Part shown: piece by piece, positions 9,944 to 23,461 of the stretch
Position numbering within the stretch: the stretch's first letter is position 1
Layout of the letters: the number at the start of each line of letters is the position of its first letter
Source: Paraspadella gotoi
Taxonomy: Eukaryota > Animalia > Chaetognatha
DNA: 64,000 nt
Direction of reading: 5' to 3'
NCBI GenBank assembly: GCA_051294375.1
Contig: CM119271.1
Span: 6,883,632 to 6,947,631 of the forward strand
Translations under genes and position numbers: made by a program
The notes under the pieces: model-generated
Seen by the model: the letters and a program-made list of their open reading frames with translations, nothing else
Database searches by the model: none
What the model was told of the DNA's origin: nothing

Positions 9944-10574
9944 GTGTCTCTTCTATCACAATTAAGCGCTATTACCTTTTCATATAAAAATATAAAATTC
10001 AAACTATTTTGTGCCAAACGTTGCAAATAATATTAAGGATTTAATTATAAACCTAAAATCCGAACAACACTGCAAAGAACTGAAGATCTTTGACAAAAAA
10101 AAAATGAAAGGCAAGGTTTGCAGGAAAAAATTTAAAAAATGTAAGTCTACGAGGCACAACGTGACAACTCATAATTGGTAAAAAATAATACGAAGTACAT
10201 TTCGTAATGCTTCTACCGGTCAATTTACCTCAAAACCTTTTGCCACAAAACATAGTATTATTTATCAACTACAATTAAGACAAAAAGAACGTGTACTCAA
10301 ACTAAAAGTACGAGCTGAAAATTAAAAAAAAAATTTCATTCACACTAAGGCTGCTGCGACCCTGTAGGTTAAAAACAGTATCAAAAAATCTCTTGTTATT
10401 AAGTACAATTATGAAGGTTTTAAGAAACCTAATGAAAAGATCCTTGGTAATGAAATCCAACGGAAGTCATGAAAATTCATGGTCAGAAACAATCATTTCG
10501 TTAGATGATAGATAGTGAGATATGAAAATACGAAAATATACATGTATGCATGTATATTAAAATAATGCCGTATT

Positions 10575-13115
10575 TTAGACGCTTGTTTCGGAATTTAAGC
10601 GCAAAACAAAACGGTTTTTTTTGGGATCCACTACTTCCTCCATTAGACTGACGTGGGGAATTTTTTTCACCTGAAAAAAAAAAGTAATATCGGACTTTGA
10701 AATTTGCTAAATTTATTATTTAAATTTATGTTGTATACCTGACATAAAAGAGAAATGTCCGACTGCTTCAGTTGAAACATCACGCCGTCTTCAACGGTTC
10801 GAGAAAGAACGTGTTCACAAACGAGGATCCATTGTTCGGTCGGCATTACAGATTTGTCAGATTGATGAAGGACGGAAACCTCTTTAAAATATTTTTGCAA
10901 AAATGCCTAAAAAAAGACAAAAGCTGAACTGGATTGGACTGGATAATATTTTTTAGCTTAGTGATAAATACTTAATATATAATAGCCGATTCGGGAATTT
11001 CCTATTACAAGATACTAATGTAACTTAAATTCAGTACCTTTGGAGTCATATCATGTTGTATACAGGTAGCGAGGTGTCGAAGTACAGAGTCCATTGTATG
11101 CCAGGGTTGCTGCCGAGTAATGCGGAGAAACTTCTGCAAAGCTCGAGCCATGGAGGGAAAAATAGCCTAATACGATAAAAGTTACATTCGAATTAAAATT
11201 TCAAAAACAGAAAAGTTCATGCGAAGTTACCTGCGCCGCCTCATGAGGGTTCATTGGAATAGCGGGTCCTGAGTTTTCTCGTTGATTCATTCGGCAAATG
11301 TGCGTAAACGCGTCTTCCGCAGCCAAAATTAGTCGCGCCTTTCGCTTCCGAACGCGACGTTCGTACTCCATCTCCTCGTAAAATCGGTCGTTGTGGCCAC
11401 CTTTTTCAGACCTGATGAATCAGTAAAGATATAAAATCATCAAAGGGACTTGTTATGATTCCTTATTCATCACAGTCTTGGTACCTTCTAGAATTTATTG
11501 CGGTGATGGCGGCAGTTTGGGCAGAAAGGTCACTTTTGGCGTCCCCTTCCAAAGAGTAAACCTTAAATTTTGAAGCGTTGCCTGCGCTTTTCCCTTTGCC
11601 GCTACGCGAGCCGGGAATGTTTTCCAGGAAGGGATTGTATGTAGGAAATTCTTTGTAATATTGTTCCAGGCAATGAACGGCGGCCCGTTGGATGCTGTAA
11701 AGATAAACGGGCAAAATAACAGGAGTAAGACAACTTAGTAAATAAACGGATAATTTTTACTTTGCTTTTACTAATTTCATACAAAAATATTCTTGCCTGA
11801 ATTCTCCCATTGTTATCGAACGGGTCTCTCCGTCGGGCGACCTCGAGATCTTGACGATGTATTTGGTGGAAACGTGACGAAGTTCGAGCAGCACCACGGC
11901 GAGGTAATGGACAAAGAGGAGGGCGTCGACGAGGGACACGGCATAAGAAACGATCTTGTGATAGTCGTTGTAGCGCTCTTGCACGATACGGACGCCGTAA
12001 AAGAGCCAAAAGCTGAAAGTCAGAACGAAGACGAGAAAGAGGACCATCGCTCTGAGAGGCGGTTGGGGTTGGGGAAGGGGGAGTGAGTTAATAAAATAAT
12101 ACGGTCTCCTGATCGCAGCCAACTCGATAAAATTAAATGACATACAAAGTTATAAATAAAAGAATGAATTAAAAACCGTTCTCACCTAAACATAAAAACC
12201 CTGGGCAGCGTCGCCTTTGGGACCCTGAAAAAACAGGCCCAAGTTCCGAGCAACAAAATAAAAAGTTTGAAAGCCAATGAAATGAGGAGCCCCTCGCACT
12301 CCGGACGGCATTGCATGAGGTCATATTGAAGGGCTTCCCACTCATTCAGACTGGTCTTTCGGCAGAGCAAATCCGTGCCGCAGGACTGCAGCGTCGAGTT
12401 GAAGAAGCCCGGAATGACGTGAAGTTTCGGAATCAGCACCATGGCGACGGGAGAAATGAAGGCGAGCACTGAAACGACGGACACGCACGTGGGGGACACC
12501 CAGCGACCGCATTCGGATCCGATAAGGCGATCGGGGCGACGTATTTTCGAAAGATCCTCCATGCTGTAACCTTGGACGGAATGAGGAAATTGTTACGTAT
12601 TATTTTTTCTTTAAAATCTAAAAAAAAAAAAATCGGAAAACATATTCGTACCAGTATAGGCGCTGGTCGCGTCGGTGATGGCCGTCGCAGCGTCCCATCT
12701 GTCGTCGTCGTCGTTTTGCGGAATGACTTGCACCTCGATCCCGTGGTTTGCCCCGTAGGGACCTTGGCGTCTCCCCCCGTGACGCCGACCTTCGTCGGCT
12801 TCGTCGCCACTCGGGGCGTTTATGGTGACGGAGCGATCGTCGCGACTGCGACCGTCGCCGGAACGTGAACGACGCGTGTGGCGCTTGTGGTGGTGATCAC
12901 GATTTGGACTGTCATGGCCTCTAGAATGTCATTAATTGATAAGTACATAGCTCGTATAAAATTATTCTTTGAAATCGGAATTATTAATTTTAAATTAATA
13001 ATTATTATTACTTGTGATGCTTGCCCTCGCGGCTGTGGGAACGGTGACCCCTGTTCCTTCCTTCTGATCTGTCGGTTTGATCAGATCTAACTGATTCGTT
13101 TTCTAGATTTCGCAT
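10575..13115 (-). CDS. VANGL: Vang-like/Strabismus planar cell polarity protein, multi-exon
   Basis: N-terminal ENESVRSD and TTAITDATS Ser/Thr cluster, [57 protein letters not shown], and C-terminal PDZ-binding RLNSETSV* at 10575. Confidence 0.95.
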
Positions 13116-13700
13116 CCTTCCGTGTTTTTTTTGGTTTTTTTTTTTTGCTTTTTTTTTTTTTTGCTAAAAAAAACGAGTTAACCCAAAAATAAAATGGACC
13201 TCGATGTCATATTTAGCTCCTGAAATTAATGGTTATCTTTACACTCACGTATCCAATGACAAAAAATTGAATTGTACGTACGTCACCTAAATTATATATT
13301 AGAAACTAAATATTTTAGGTAACTTTTAAAAAAATTCATACAAAGGATTAGTTGGGATCAAACTCGATACCGAAAAAACTAAAAAAGTGAAGAACTTTCC
13401 CATATGAAAATCCAGAATGGAATTTGTTTAGACACGGAAGAAACGAGATCATGATTTCAAAAGGAAAAATAGTAAACAAAATTAGTACAAGATAATTATA
13501 ATGATCACCACATTATAGAGAAATAAGCATCACATTGTCGATTATTTTGTATGAAAAATCTATATGGGTAAGGGAAAAAATGACTTAGTAATTTGTGTAG
13601 TGTTTCGGCCAGCTTAGAATAGCGCCGCCAATTTTCTTGAGTACAAATTCGCAAGAACCGCATATACACCGTACAGAGTAGAGAGATTGTTCCTTCCATT

Positions 13701-14533
13701 TTATCCCATCTTTACTTTCGACGTTTGAATAATGCCAACTATCACTCCGAAGAGTCCGATGACCGAAGCAAAAATTTCCACGACGATCATTTTGACAAAC
13801 AAAGACGGATTCTAAAAACAAAAATTCAACGATAACCATTAAAGGATAATCTGTTTTCGTCATTTGGAAATGATTAGAGGGTGCAATTCCAAATACCTGG
13901 GCATCTGTGAGTGCAGCTCCTGAGCCGACAATTCCGACCGAAATGCCACAAACGAGATTGCAAAAACCGACTGTCAACCCACCTCCAAAAATAGCAAAGG
14001 CGGAAGCGTAATTCGTGAGGACCTCCTCGGGAGTTGCATTTTTCTGACTGAAAATTTATGACAAATATATACGAAAGATATTAAACAAATTAAAAATACA
14101 CCGAAACTTTACTCGAAATCTTTGATCATAGTGCCCATGACTATGGCCATAATGATTCCGTAGATAGCGACGGCTTCGCAGAAAATGATGCTGACCAGGT
14201 TCTTCGTTCTAATTCTTGGGGCTTTCACGCCTCCGCCCATAATGCTAGACCCCGTTGTGTATATTCCGGTGGCGGCGCCAATGACCGAGAGCGAGATAGC
14301 AAAGGCGATGCCCAGACACGCCCAGAAGTAAGGAGATACTTCGCGGAAAAACCAACTGATGTCGAACTAGTTAAAGGAATAGCTTTTAGTTTCAGGAAAA
14401 ACAATTCAGGGCTGTTACTTCTGTTTACTTGCACTCCACGTCCGCTAAGAATGTAATACAGCCCCACAAAGGACAACGCTACGATAGCAACGGTTGATAT
14501 GTATGCAGCGTGTCCGTACACACCGTAAGCCAT
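13701..14533 (-). CDS. ATP6V0B: V-ATPase 21 kDa proteolipid subunit c'', 4 exons
   Basis: [59 protein letters not shown]; [24 protein letters not shown]; [16 protein letters not shown]. Confidence 0.95.
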
Positions 14534-14626
14534 GGTTCTGAATACAGTTGGATTTTCTTCTAAGAATAATAGAAAATAAATACAACAAAAAGCACTTTAT
14601 TATCAAAACCAACAACGAATTAAAGT

Positions 14627-16250
14627 TCAACAATAATCAATTTGCTCAACGTCAGATTCCTCGTCCTTATCAACAAGGACCGCAAACTGCTCCTCTGTTT
14701 GTGCGGGCGAGGACGACGATGGCGGCCACTCCACGTCCACCTTCTCTACGTCCAGTTCGAGGATATCCACGTCCTTCGACATAATCTCCTTTAGGTTGGG
14801 CTGGGTACGTCCCAGGTCGCCATGCACGAACTCTTTGATGTAAGTTCCGGCATCGGTATCCAGATCCACACGAAAGTGACGTTCGTCAACGAGAGTGCCG
14901 TTGATTTTATGGACGCGACGGGGTCGGACGGCCAACGGTCGTCGGTGCAGAACTCTAAAACCAACAAAAGTTTTTTATATTTTCTTCTAAGTCCTCGAGA
15001 AATATATTTATATAACTGACAAATAACCTTATAGGAGTCTTTTGATAGATATCCAAATCTCGTATTTGTGACAACTTTTTCATATCCTCCTCAGTCAGTT
15101 CCGAAGCGGAGAAACAAAGAGCCGTATAATGTTTTGTCTTTTGGTTTTCGCTCTTTCTAAGGATAGCGGTCTGTCGTTCCGTCACTACCGCCAGCCGATC
15201 CACACGAATACTTTTCGAGGAGGCGTTAATGGCGTTCTCTGTTGCGTTGAGCTCGACCGACGAGAGAACAGTTCGTCGCGGATTGAGGCACTCGACGACG
15301 AAGGGTCGCCCGTCTCCCAGCATGAGCACGTCGATATCCTCGCGACCAGAGGAGGAAAACTTGTACTGGTCAGCGGGGACGAGCTCCTTGACCCTGTTCA
15401 CGATCAGTTCTTCAACCGAAGATTCCCTCAGACGTACACCATCGACGACCCACGGAGTCTGGGGCAGCTCGCGCGAAAATTTGTTGTACCGGCCCCCAAT
15501 GAAGAGAGGTTCCTGTTCCAGCGTCAAAGAGAAAACGAACGCGTCGGGCGCGGCCTCTAAACTCTGCGAAGGAGGAAATGGAAAGTGCGGCTCGAGAACT
15601 CGGCGGTTACGACTGGCGAAAAACCCGGAGACTGACTTTCTGCTGAATATTTGGCTTTTCATTTTTTTTGCACGTTTTTGCCGGTTCGACTTCATGACGA
15701 AAGTTTCCGGATCGAGAAGTTCGAGGGCGGCGAAAAAATCCGACTCCTCTGCAGCGGAGATCCCGACTTTGAGGTCAAACACGCCGTTCGTTCGATATGA
15801 CAATCCGAGTTTTTCCGGGAGTTCTTCAATCAACCTAGTCTTAAGCGCTTGTTTTGTTGACACAGAATGCTCCTCAAGGTCAGTAGGGGTCAGAGAGGGA
15901 AACTTGTCCCGGAGCCACATAGCGAGCAACGTCTGTCGGATCTCGATTGTCGGTACCGTCGGTACGGAGAGGACGAAATGGTCGGCGTCATAGTTGGCCT
16001 CCAAGAGCTTCATGCGGACATATTCTACTAGTTTTCGAAACTGACGGTCGCCCAGCAATCCAAGGCAGACGAAGCACTGGGAATCAGAGATTGGCGTTTC
16101 TTGAGCTGCTGAGCATGGGACCGGCTCCAAGCTTGCCTCGCCAATGAAATCCACGAATCCTTTGTAACGTCGCAGGCATCGTTGGCAGCATCCACTTTCC
16201 GAAAGGGCTTGCTGCAATTCGATCCGATCGAGTTTAGTTTTCCCTTCCAT
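14627..16250 (-). CDS. PUS10: tRNA pseudouridine synthase Pus10, 2 exons
   Basis: CCQRC and CFVCLGLL zinc motifs, GRYNKFSRELPQTPW, FSSSGREDIDVLMLGDGRPF (catalytic Asp), QKTPIRVLHRR, AGTYIKEFVHGDLGRTQP. Confidence 0.95.
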
Positions 16251-16352
16251 AACAAGTTTTTCTGTGTCTCAGAAAATAAAACTAACAAACATAAAAGTTG
16301 CAAGACGTAAGAGAGGCTTGAAAAGATGTTGGACCTGAAATTAGGAATTAAA

Positions 16353-16997
16353 TTAAGAAGGAACGAGCTGTTGAGGGGAAGACTGGGGCAAGTTCGACGT
16401 TTCGTTTTCATTCAAGCCGACAGGTTTTTGAAGCTGTAACTGTTGCATCTGTTGTTGAACGTTACTTTGTTGAGGCTTTGAAGTCGTCGGTGCAGAGCCA
16501 GGAGCCGTCGTCGAAACGGGTGTCGGTACAGAAGTCATTGAGGGAGCTAAAGGTCCGGCCGACGGGCTATCGGGACTGGCCACGGGGCTGCCGAGTTTCT
16601 GTCGGTTGATGTCGTTGATGACGCGATCGAATCGCGCCACTCGTTTTTGAGCACTCTTGGGCGTCTTTCCAGGAATTCGAACTCGTGATGGCGTAACTGG
16701 TCCAGCCCCGTTGTCGTCGGCGTCGAATTCATAACCGGAGGGAGACGTCACCTCTACATTGGAAGCGGCGACTGAAATCTTCTCGGCGTTGTCGACACCG
16801 ACGGCGGGTTTCGACTTTTTCCCCGTTTGTGGAACTCTTCGGCCCGGACACTTCCAGTCGAGAACCAGCTCCTCGCCGCGGGCCAACGCCTCGTAGTGGC
16901 TGACGATTTCTTCGGGCGAAGGTTCCCAAGCGCCGTTGGCACCGTATTTGTTTTCGTCGTCGGAACAATCGACGCACCAATCGGCAGATTCATCCAT
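16353..16997 (-). CDS. PAGR1: PAXIP1-associated glutamate-rich protein 1 (PA1)
   Basis: WCVDCSDDE, WEPSPEEIVSHYEAL...LVLDWKCPGRR, EFDADD and ARFDRVINDINRQK match PAGR1 family motifs. Confidence 0.85.
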   Translation of the reverse strand: MDESADWCVDCSDDENKYGANGAWEPSPEEIVSHYEALARGEELVLDWKCPGRRVPQTGKKSKPAVGVDNAEKISVAASNVEVTSPSGYEFDADDNGAGPVTPSRVRIPGKTPKSAQKRVARFDRVINDINRQKLGSPVASPDSPSAGPLAPSMTSVPTPVSTTAPGSAPTTSKPQQSNVQQQMQQLQLQKPVGLNENETSNLPQSSPQQLVPS

Positions 16998-17092
16998 CGT
17001 TTATATTCTTAAAACTGCGAGCAAAAACATCACTTAAATTTAACAATAGAAAAGAAACAACTGACACGACGGACTCGACGGATAAAAAAACT

Positions 17093-18749
17093 TTAGACGC
17101 TGGCGATTGGGACGTCGATATCTTCCAGAGTAACAGATCTCCAGGCACGTTTCTCCTGTTTCTTTTTTTTGTACTTGGTCTGTCCCTTCTTCTGTCTGAC
17201 TCCCGGAGCCAACAAGTTTCTTTTTTTGAAGTTGTCGTAGCGGTCTTCGAGAAGATTGCCCTCCGGAACGAGGGAGCGCAAATCGGAGACTAATTCATGA
17301 CTCAACTTGACTTCGACGTCCATTGGCTCATACTTGGTTTGACCTAAACGACGGGTTGTTTCCGCGCGTTTTGACGAGAGCGATTCCTTGAGGGAAAAAA
17401 GTGACAAAATTAAATAATAGGTTATTGTGGCGGTATATTTACACCGCCTCACGTCCACTATCCGTCAGCAAAATCCATTGGCTCAGAGGGGGAACACACC
17501 ATCCCAGGGGTAGTGTTCCATCCACAGTCCTGAGGGTCGGAAGCCCCCAAAGCCAACAGTTAGATGTCCCATCCCAATGGGCATCACAGGCAACCCGGCT
17601 GTTGCCATATTATTACCATTTACAAGTATCGAACCTTTTTTCGCATTCTTTCCAATCTCTCCCGCTCCAGCGCCCCGATCTCTTTCTTGATGGACTTCAA
17701 TCTGCCGAATTCCATCTCCCTCTGCTTGGCCGACTTCATTTTTTCCCTCTTCTGTCGAAGACTTTTCTGCTCCTTAGCTTTCCTCCTTTGCTGCTTGGTC
17801 TTGCGTTTGACGGTTTTCTTAGCCGTAGACTTTTCTCTTTGCTCCAAATTTTCGCACTCTGGTTCTTCGGGTGCGTCTCCGCCTTCCAATCCGCCGCTCA
17901 TTTCCTTTATCCAGTTGGCCTCCAGACCTTTGGCCTCCTCAGTACCGGGAAACTTTTCGTCCAGTTCCCGCTCGAGCTTTTTCTGAGCTTTTAGCTTGAC
18001 TTCCTCCACTCGGTTGGCAACGGACAAGTGATCAACGAAATCCTTAAGATCGGGATTGTAGGAAGCTCCCGGGTGAGGGACCGGGATGGCCGGGAGTTTT
18101 GAGGCGAGATTTTTCATGGCGTCGCGACTGTTTGGCGGGGCGACGCGGGTTTGCTGGAGGAAGGAATGAAAGGAATTATCAAAGTTCTAACACAGCAAAC
18201 TCGGAATTTCGCAAAACCAACCTTGGTGATGCTCTTGTGAAAAGCCAAAGGATCATCATCGTCTTCCTCCTCCTCGATCGCCCACAGATCCCTCTGGATT
18301 ACGGCCGCTCCTTCTTCCTCCCTCCTCGCAGCTTCCTTCTTTCGCTCATTGATGGCGTGTTGGCGTTGTCCGGCGCGCAGTCTCTTGATTAACCTCGGAT
18401 CGGTCTGGCGCCGCTTGACAAGCGGAAGACGTTTTCTCTTTTTCCCTTTTTCTCCGACCTGCGGGGTGTTGACGACGGGCACGCCGTCGTCTTGGCGCAA
18501 ATTAGCGAAGCATCTAAGCGGACGTTCGGCGGCGAGCTTCTTCCTGGATACGGTTAATCTGGTGAGGGAGACGGGAGGAGGCGCAGAGTCGATGAAAAAC
18601 AGCTGATCGTCTTTCTTATCGGCGACGATTCCACCGGTTCTTTCCTGACTCCTCTTGTCGTCGAGATATTCTTCGATGTCCGCGATGTCTGTGTGTTTCT
18701 TCCAGTTCTTTTTCAAATGTTTCACCACTTTTTTCTTCGTGGGAGGCAT
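17093..18749 (-). CDS. NOP53: Ribosome biogenesis protein NOP53 (GLTSCR2), 3 exons
   Basis: KKNWKKHTDIADIEEYLDD..ERTGG, LFFIDS (exosome-recruiting AIM-like motif), PHPGASYNP, RLGQTKYEP..VEVKL..EL...LRSLVPEGNLLEDRY. Confidence 0.92.
17423..17606 (-). ncRNA. Candidate structured intronic ncRNA (snoRNA-like) in the last NOP53 intron
   Basis: GC-rich block in the 248-nt intron 17387..17634 with several hairpins (ggcaac/gttgcc, ggaacac/gtgttcc, ttggct/agccaa, ggcggt/accgcc), a C-box-like tGTGATG, CTGA motifs and a terminal ACA. Confidence 0.4.
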
Positions 18750-18987
18750 TTTGAAAACTATGCAACGAAAAATCAACTATTAAATCTTTAAATATTTCGC
18801 TATAATTGGTCCGAGTCAAATTGTTAAGGCAGAGCATCGGAACTGTAGAATTCTCAATGAGCATTATTCCACAATTCGTCATGTTTTATTGAATACCTTT
18901 TAATTACAGAACACGTGAGCGAATAAAAACAAACCAGGCGAAGCTCAAACCGACGGTCATTTGTTACGACTCGTCGGGACTTTACCC

Positions 18988-19521
18988 TCATCCGCAGTCG
19001 TCTTCATTCTCGGGAGGTTTTTTCAAATTTCCCTTGGTATCGACGAAAGTCAAATTGTAAAATTCGCTCGAGTCGGGCTTATTCTGCAACCGTGGATCAA
19101 CCATTTGCGCACGAGGAAATTTTGAGTTATCGCGATAAACGGGAATTCTTTCTGGCGCGTTTTTCACTTCTAAATCTACCCTTTCTATTCGCCACCCTTT
19201 TCCGATGTCATCTCTACTCGACCATGAGTAAAGCTTGCCTTGGTTCTGTCCACCAGAGAGCGGGATTGTGAGACGTGCAGTGAACGGCGTGATAGCGACA
19301 CCGGGGCTAAAAATGTCCAAGGGGAGGTCCACAATCGGTTCGCCTAGCGCTCTTTTCGCGGGTTCAAAAGCGTGAAGCAACCTCATAGTAGTTCGGTAGT
19401 ATTCTGAAGTCCTTATTTTTTTCCGCTGGCTGTATCGAAGGAACGCCATTCCACCCAAACCCGTCCACGTTATAATCAATGACACTCCGGATAGTTTCAT
19501 TAAAGGCGAAAGGCGCTTCAT
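18988..19521 (-). CDS. COA1: Cytochrome c oxidase assembly factor 1 homolog
   Basis: Single TM segment followed by SEYY...L......ALGEPI...ARLTIPLSG...GKLYSWSSR....WRIERVDLE, the Coa1/Tim21-like pattern. Confidence 0.85.
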   Translation of the reverse strand: MKRLSPLMKLSGVSLIITWTGLGGMAFLRYSQRKKIRTSEYYRTTMRLLHAFEPAKRALGEPIVDLPLDIFSPGVAITPFTARLTIPLSGGQNQGKLYSWSSRDDIGKGWRIERVDLEVKNAPERIPVYRDNSKFPRAQMVDPRLQNKPDSSEFYNLTFVDTKGNLKKPPENEDDCG

Positions 19522-20230
19522 CTGAAATCACAACAAAAACAATAAAAAACGAAAGAAAAAAGGACAGAATGTATTTGACTATTTCTACATGAGGTATAAA
19601 TAGAAACTACATCATAATTTTCGTTTGCCATCAAAAGCCATTTGGCGTTTGCAAGTTCATGAAAAAATGATAAAAAAAAATATTGAAAACACGGAAGTCG
19701 AGATTAAATCTTTTTCTTATGATTTAAATTCTGGTGAATGACCGTTAAGATCGTACTACTCTGAAAGTGTTATAAGTTAAAGAAATTAGGTTATGAATTT
19801 TTTTTTTTTTAAAGTGTGTAACATCCAAAGCCATTCCGTCGATCATTCATTCTGAGCTGTTAAGTTACTGAAGGACACTTACATACGCAACAAGTAACAT
19901 TTCATTAAAACTAATGACGAAAACGTCCCGACAAAGCCACTGGCCTCAATCGGCGAAAAACATCCTTCATCTAAAAATTCATCAGCCCATGCATCGCAAT
20001 CTTGAGATCACCACGGCAGAATATCCTTCCTTTCATATCCAATAAAGCAATGGGACGCCAGATAAGAATATATTAATCCAAACAAAAAATCGATATATCC
20101 ATTTCACAATACCCAATATTATTGAATATAGTTATTTATATATATGGATAAGAGACCGGTGCGCAAAATGAAAAAGCAGATGAAGAAATGATATTCGATT
20201 TTTCTTTGACTTTGGCATGCGGACGTCGAT

Positions 20231-21417
20231 TTAAATGTCGTTGAAGACGAACTCGCGAATGCGTTTTGGCAGCGGCATTCGCGAAATGGCATTTTTAGTA
20301 AAGTTCTGGAGAATGACTTCGCGACAAGAATCCTGGAGAGAGGCGACGCCGTAATTGACTTGAATAATTTTCACCTTGAAAAACAGAATAAAAAAAATTA
20401 AATAAGAAATGAGCGCGACTTGGTTTGAAATCGGAATTTGACGTTACCTAAGAATCAAGGTTCTTAGTTTCTACTTGCCTGTTTGGTTGTCCCATAAACG
20501 TCGACAACCGCCCGAATGGGATCACGATGGTGGGGAATGTTGTTAACGCAGGGCCCTTGATCCTCGCCGTTGATGACGAAGTGCATCTCAGCCAGGTCGG
20601 TGGCCTTGTTAATCACGTAATAGACGCCGATGCGAGATCCGACGTCCGTAGGCAAAATGTTTTCGGAGGCGCCTTCCGCCGAGGCGTCAGAGGAGGACGA
20701 AGAAGATGAGGAGGAAGATGAAGGGAGGCTCTCGCCCTCGGAGTCAAGATTTTGACCGCCGTTGGCGCAGGAGCCCATGGAGTAAGACTTGCCGGTCCGG
20801 CCCAGTCTCGGACGCAGAATGCTCCGACGCACTACTCCGCGAGTAGTGCCGACATAATCACCGACGGCAGAAGAAACGGCGCAGCCGACGGATTGAGCAG
20901 TGGGCGATTGAAGTCCGAGCCGCGAGTTGGAGGCGGAGACGCCGGCGACCTGATCGGATAGGTGGATATGGTGCGGCTGTTGGCCATTGACGACCAAGGG
21001 GCCTTGGTTCGGCCCCCGACCGATGATACCCCCGCCTCCTCTGACCACGCCCTGATCGGGCGTCCCGTAGTCTTCGTAGACCCGATTGTGAGACTTGGTC
21101 ACGGCGAAGATCCAGCTTTTACCCATGTTCGCCAAATCGGGTAGCGCGTACTGCGGTAGTTCAAAGTGCGTGGCCGGGTCGTGCTGAGTCAGGCCCACAC
21201 GCAGGTATCCAGACCAACCGCGCTCGTTGCGCTCGATCTCGATGAGGAAGATTTCGCCTGGTCGAAGGGGTTTCTCAGAGAAGGTGATCGCGTGGGCGAA
21301 GGACAACTCTCGACAAGCGACGCAACGGTCGTCGTACAACCGTATGTTGTTGCCATGGTAACCGTGAAAACGCATCGTCGTCGTAGTCGTCGTCGTCGTC
21401 GAGGTCAAGGAAGACAT
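20231..21417 (-). CDS. NEURL2: Neuralized-like protein 2 (split NHR domain plus SOCS box), 2 coding exons
   Basis: [78 protein letters not shown]|VKIIQ, SOCS box SLQDSCR...[10 protein letters not shown]. Confidence 0.9.
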
Positions 21418-22043
21418 GCTGCCCCCGATGTCGCCTCCTCCGTGCCCCCCGCCACCACGACAAGGGGGCAGAGGGGCACCCGCGGGACACCCGAGGCAAA
21501 GGATGGTGACGGTGATCGCGGGTTTTTCCAGAGTTTTTTAAAACGACAAATCTTTTGCAGTTTACATTTGGAAAAAGGACGACGGTGATTGACTGAAGAA
21601 CATAACGAAAAAAAGCATCGTTTAATACCGTTGATAATCTCGTCTGATGAGAAACAGCGGTTCCTCATAACATCAACTAAACTGAGCTATCTAAGGCTTC
21701 GAAGAAGTCAAAAGGACCACAACCAAAACAGAAATTGGTTGCTGAAACGAAAAAGCTACAGGGTGTCGCCGAAGTACGATGAAAAATAGATCACAAAAAA
21801 ACTTATAATTTGAAGCAGTATTTTATAAAAAAATATTTTTAAAATACATTAATGTATTTAGTCCATTGCTTAAAAGTTTCAAAAGGATAAGAAGCTCAAG
21901 TTTCATAATGGACTGCAAGTACGTATTTTACGGCTAAAACCTTTTTTTCAATACAAACGAGTATTATCAAGTTGAATTATATTAAATTGTTTGTTCATGG
22001 CTTAATAGCGGAGACAATAAAATAAAATAATTTACAATATATA

Positions 22044-22586
22044 TACAGCCCTATCCAAAAAAATAGAGGACACCCAAAAACATTATAAAAATAAATAAAA
22101 TTCTTTTAAAATAAAAAATAATATAAATAAATAATATTTATTTATAAAAAATTTAAAAGTGACTACTAGGTTACAACTCTTCAGTACTCAAACAGAATAT
22201 CAAAACATAAAAAAATTATTTTTAACCTCTTTTATTTAAAATATTATAGCACTGAAATGACTGGACCGATATTCTTTTAAATTATATATATGGGATCCTT
22301 TTTCAAAAATCCTTATTTTTTAAAAAAATATAAATACAATACCCATAAATTAAGGTTAAAAAATATATTTGGTTTTTAAAAATAATTGTTTGTAATAACT
22401 AAAATGACAAATGTTTTTTTACGATTTGTCATTTGGGAGCTATAACTCCGATTTTATTTTAACTTTAACATATGGATTTCCCATTTCAAAATCTATATTT
22501 ATCATTTATAATTTTTTATAATATGTATATAAAACGAGCACAACTTAAGTTTGAAGAGTGTTCTCTTTTTTTTGCACAGGACTGTA
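22044..22586. mobile_element. Tc1/mariner-type MITE
   Basis: Starts TA-CAGCCCTATCCAAAAAAA and ends TTTTTTTGCACAGGACTG-TA (imperfect TIR with TA flanks). The same right end recurs at about 26995..27015. Confidence 0.6.
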
Positions 22587-22599
22587 CTTTATTAAATAA

Positions 22600-22694
22600 A
22601 ATTGGTACAACAAATATAAAAATTATCCATTCTTTTAATAAATAAGCTATCTTGCCCTTGACTTTGGACAGGCTTTGGTGGATTAAAGCCTCCA
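22600..22694 (-). repeat. Partial copy of dispersed repeat family X (also at 27412..27596 and 48383..48556)
   Basis: Reverse complement of tggaggccttaaaccaccaaagcctgtccaaagtcaggggcaagatagcttatttatta...ttgtaccaattt. Confidence 0.75.
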
Positions 22695-23461
22695 AATAAC
22701 ATTCGTCTCATATATTATGGTTAAACGGGAATGCTATAATTTAGCAGTCGTAACTTACGGCTTGCCGCGTTAGTCTAACAGCGGCGCGTGAGACACCCGA
22801 CAATTCTATCGTACGTAATTGTAATCACATCATCTCGGAAATAAAAAAATTTAGTAAACCGATGAAATTTTCATACTTCATATGATTAAGTTTTAATTTA
22901 AATACGCGTTATAATACAATCAATTGAACCTGGATAAATGACATGACTGTAAACTTAAAATCTTTCATTTCCAAGATGAGTTAGAAATGCGTTCAAAAAC
23001 ATAAGTAATTAACTCTACATGGTAGAGTTTTAGTAATTTTCTTCTAAAATCAAAGCATGAATACTTAAAAAGTAAATCTGATCGGCTCGTAATTCGGGGG
23101 GAACACGTTGGGTTTACAAATTGTTGCTGCACTAAATGGTTTATCGACTTGATCTGTATTTGGAAACTTGATTTTGACGAAAACTGAGATCTTAGTGCAA
23201 ATCGTATTTCATGCAAGAGATTCGTATTTTTCCACAAGGCGGTTTAATAAACACCAAAGTTGGTGAAAAAAACATGTTGGTCTTCGTAGGGTCGGTGATT
23301 ATTAAAGCGCTACAATGCTTAAATTCTTAAACGCCTTTAAATGTTTACGTCTACCAAAACAAAAAAGTTCTTCAAAGCTTTTTTCAAATCTAAGAACATA
23401 TGTCCAAACCTCGATAAGCAGACCGCGAAAAGGGAAATAAACCTAGAAAATTTGGACAAAA

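Noticed and set aside
15229-15993. 254-aa plus-strand ORF and similar antisense ORFs over ATP6, NOP53, NEURL2, DNAJC2 and HIRA
   Set aside because: Shadow frames of GC-rich exons with no recognisable motifs.
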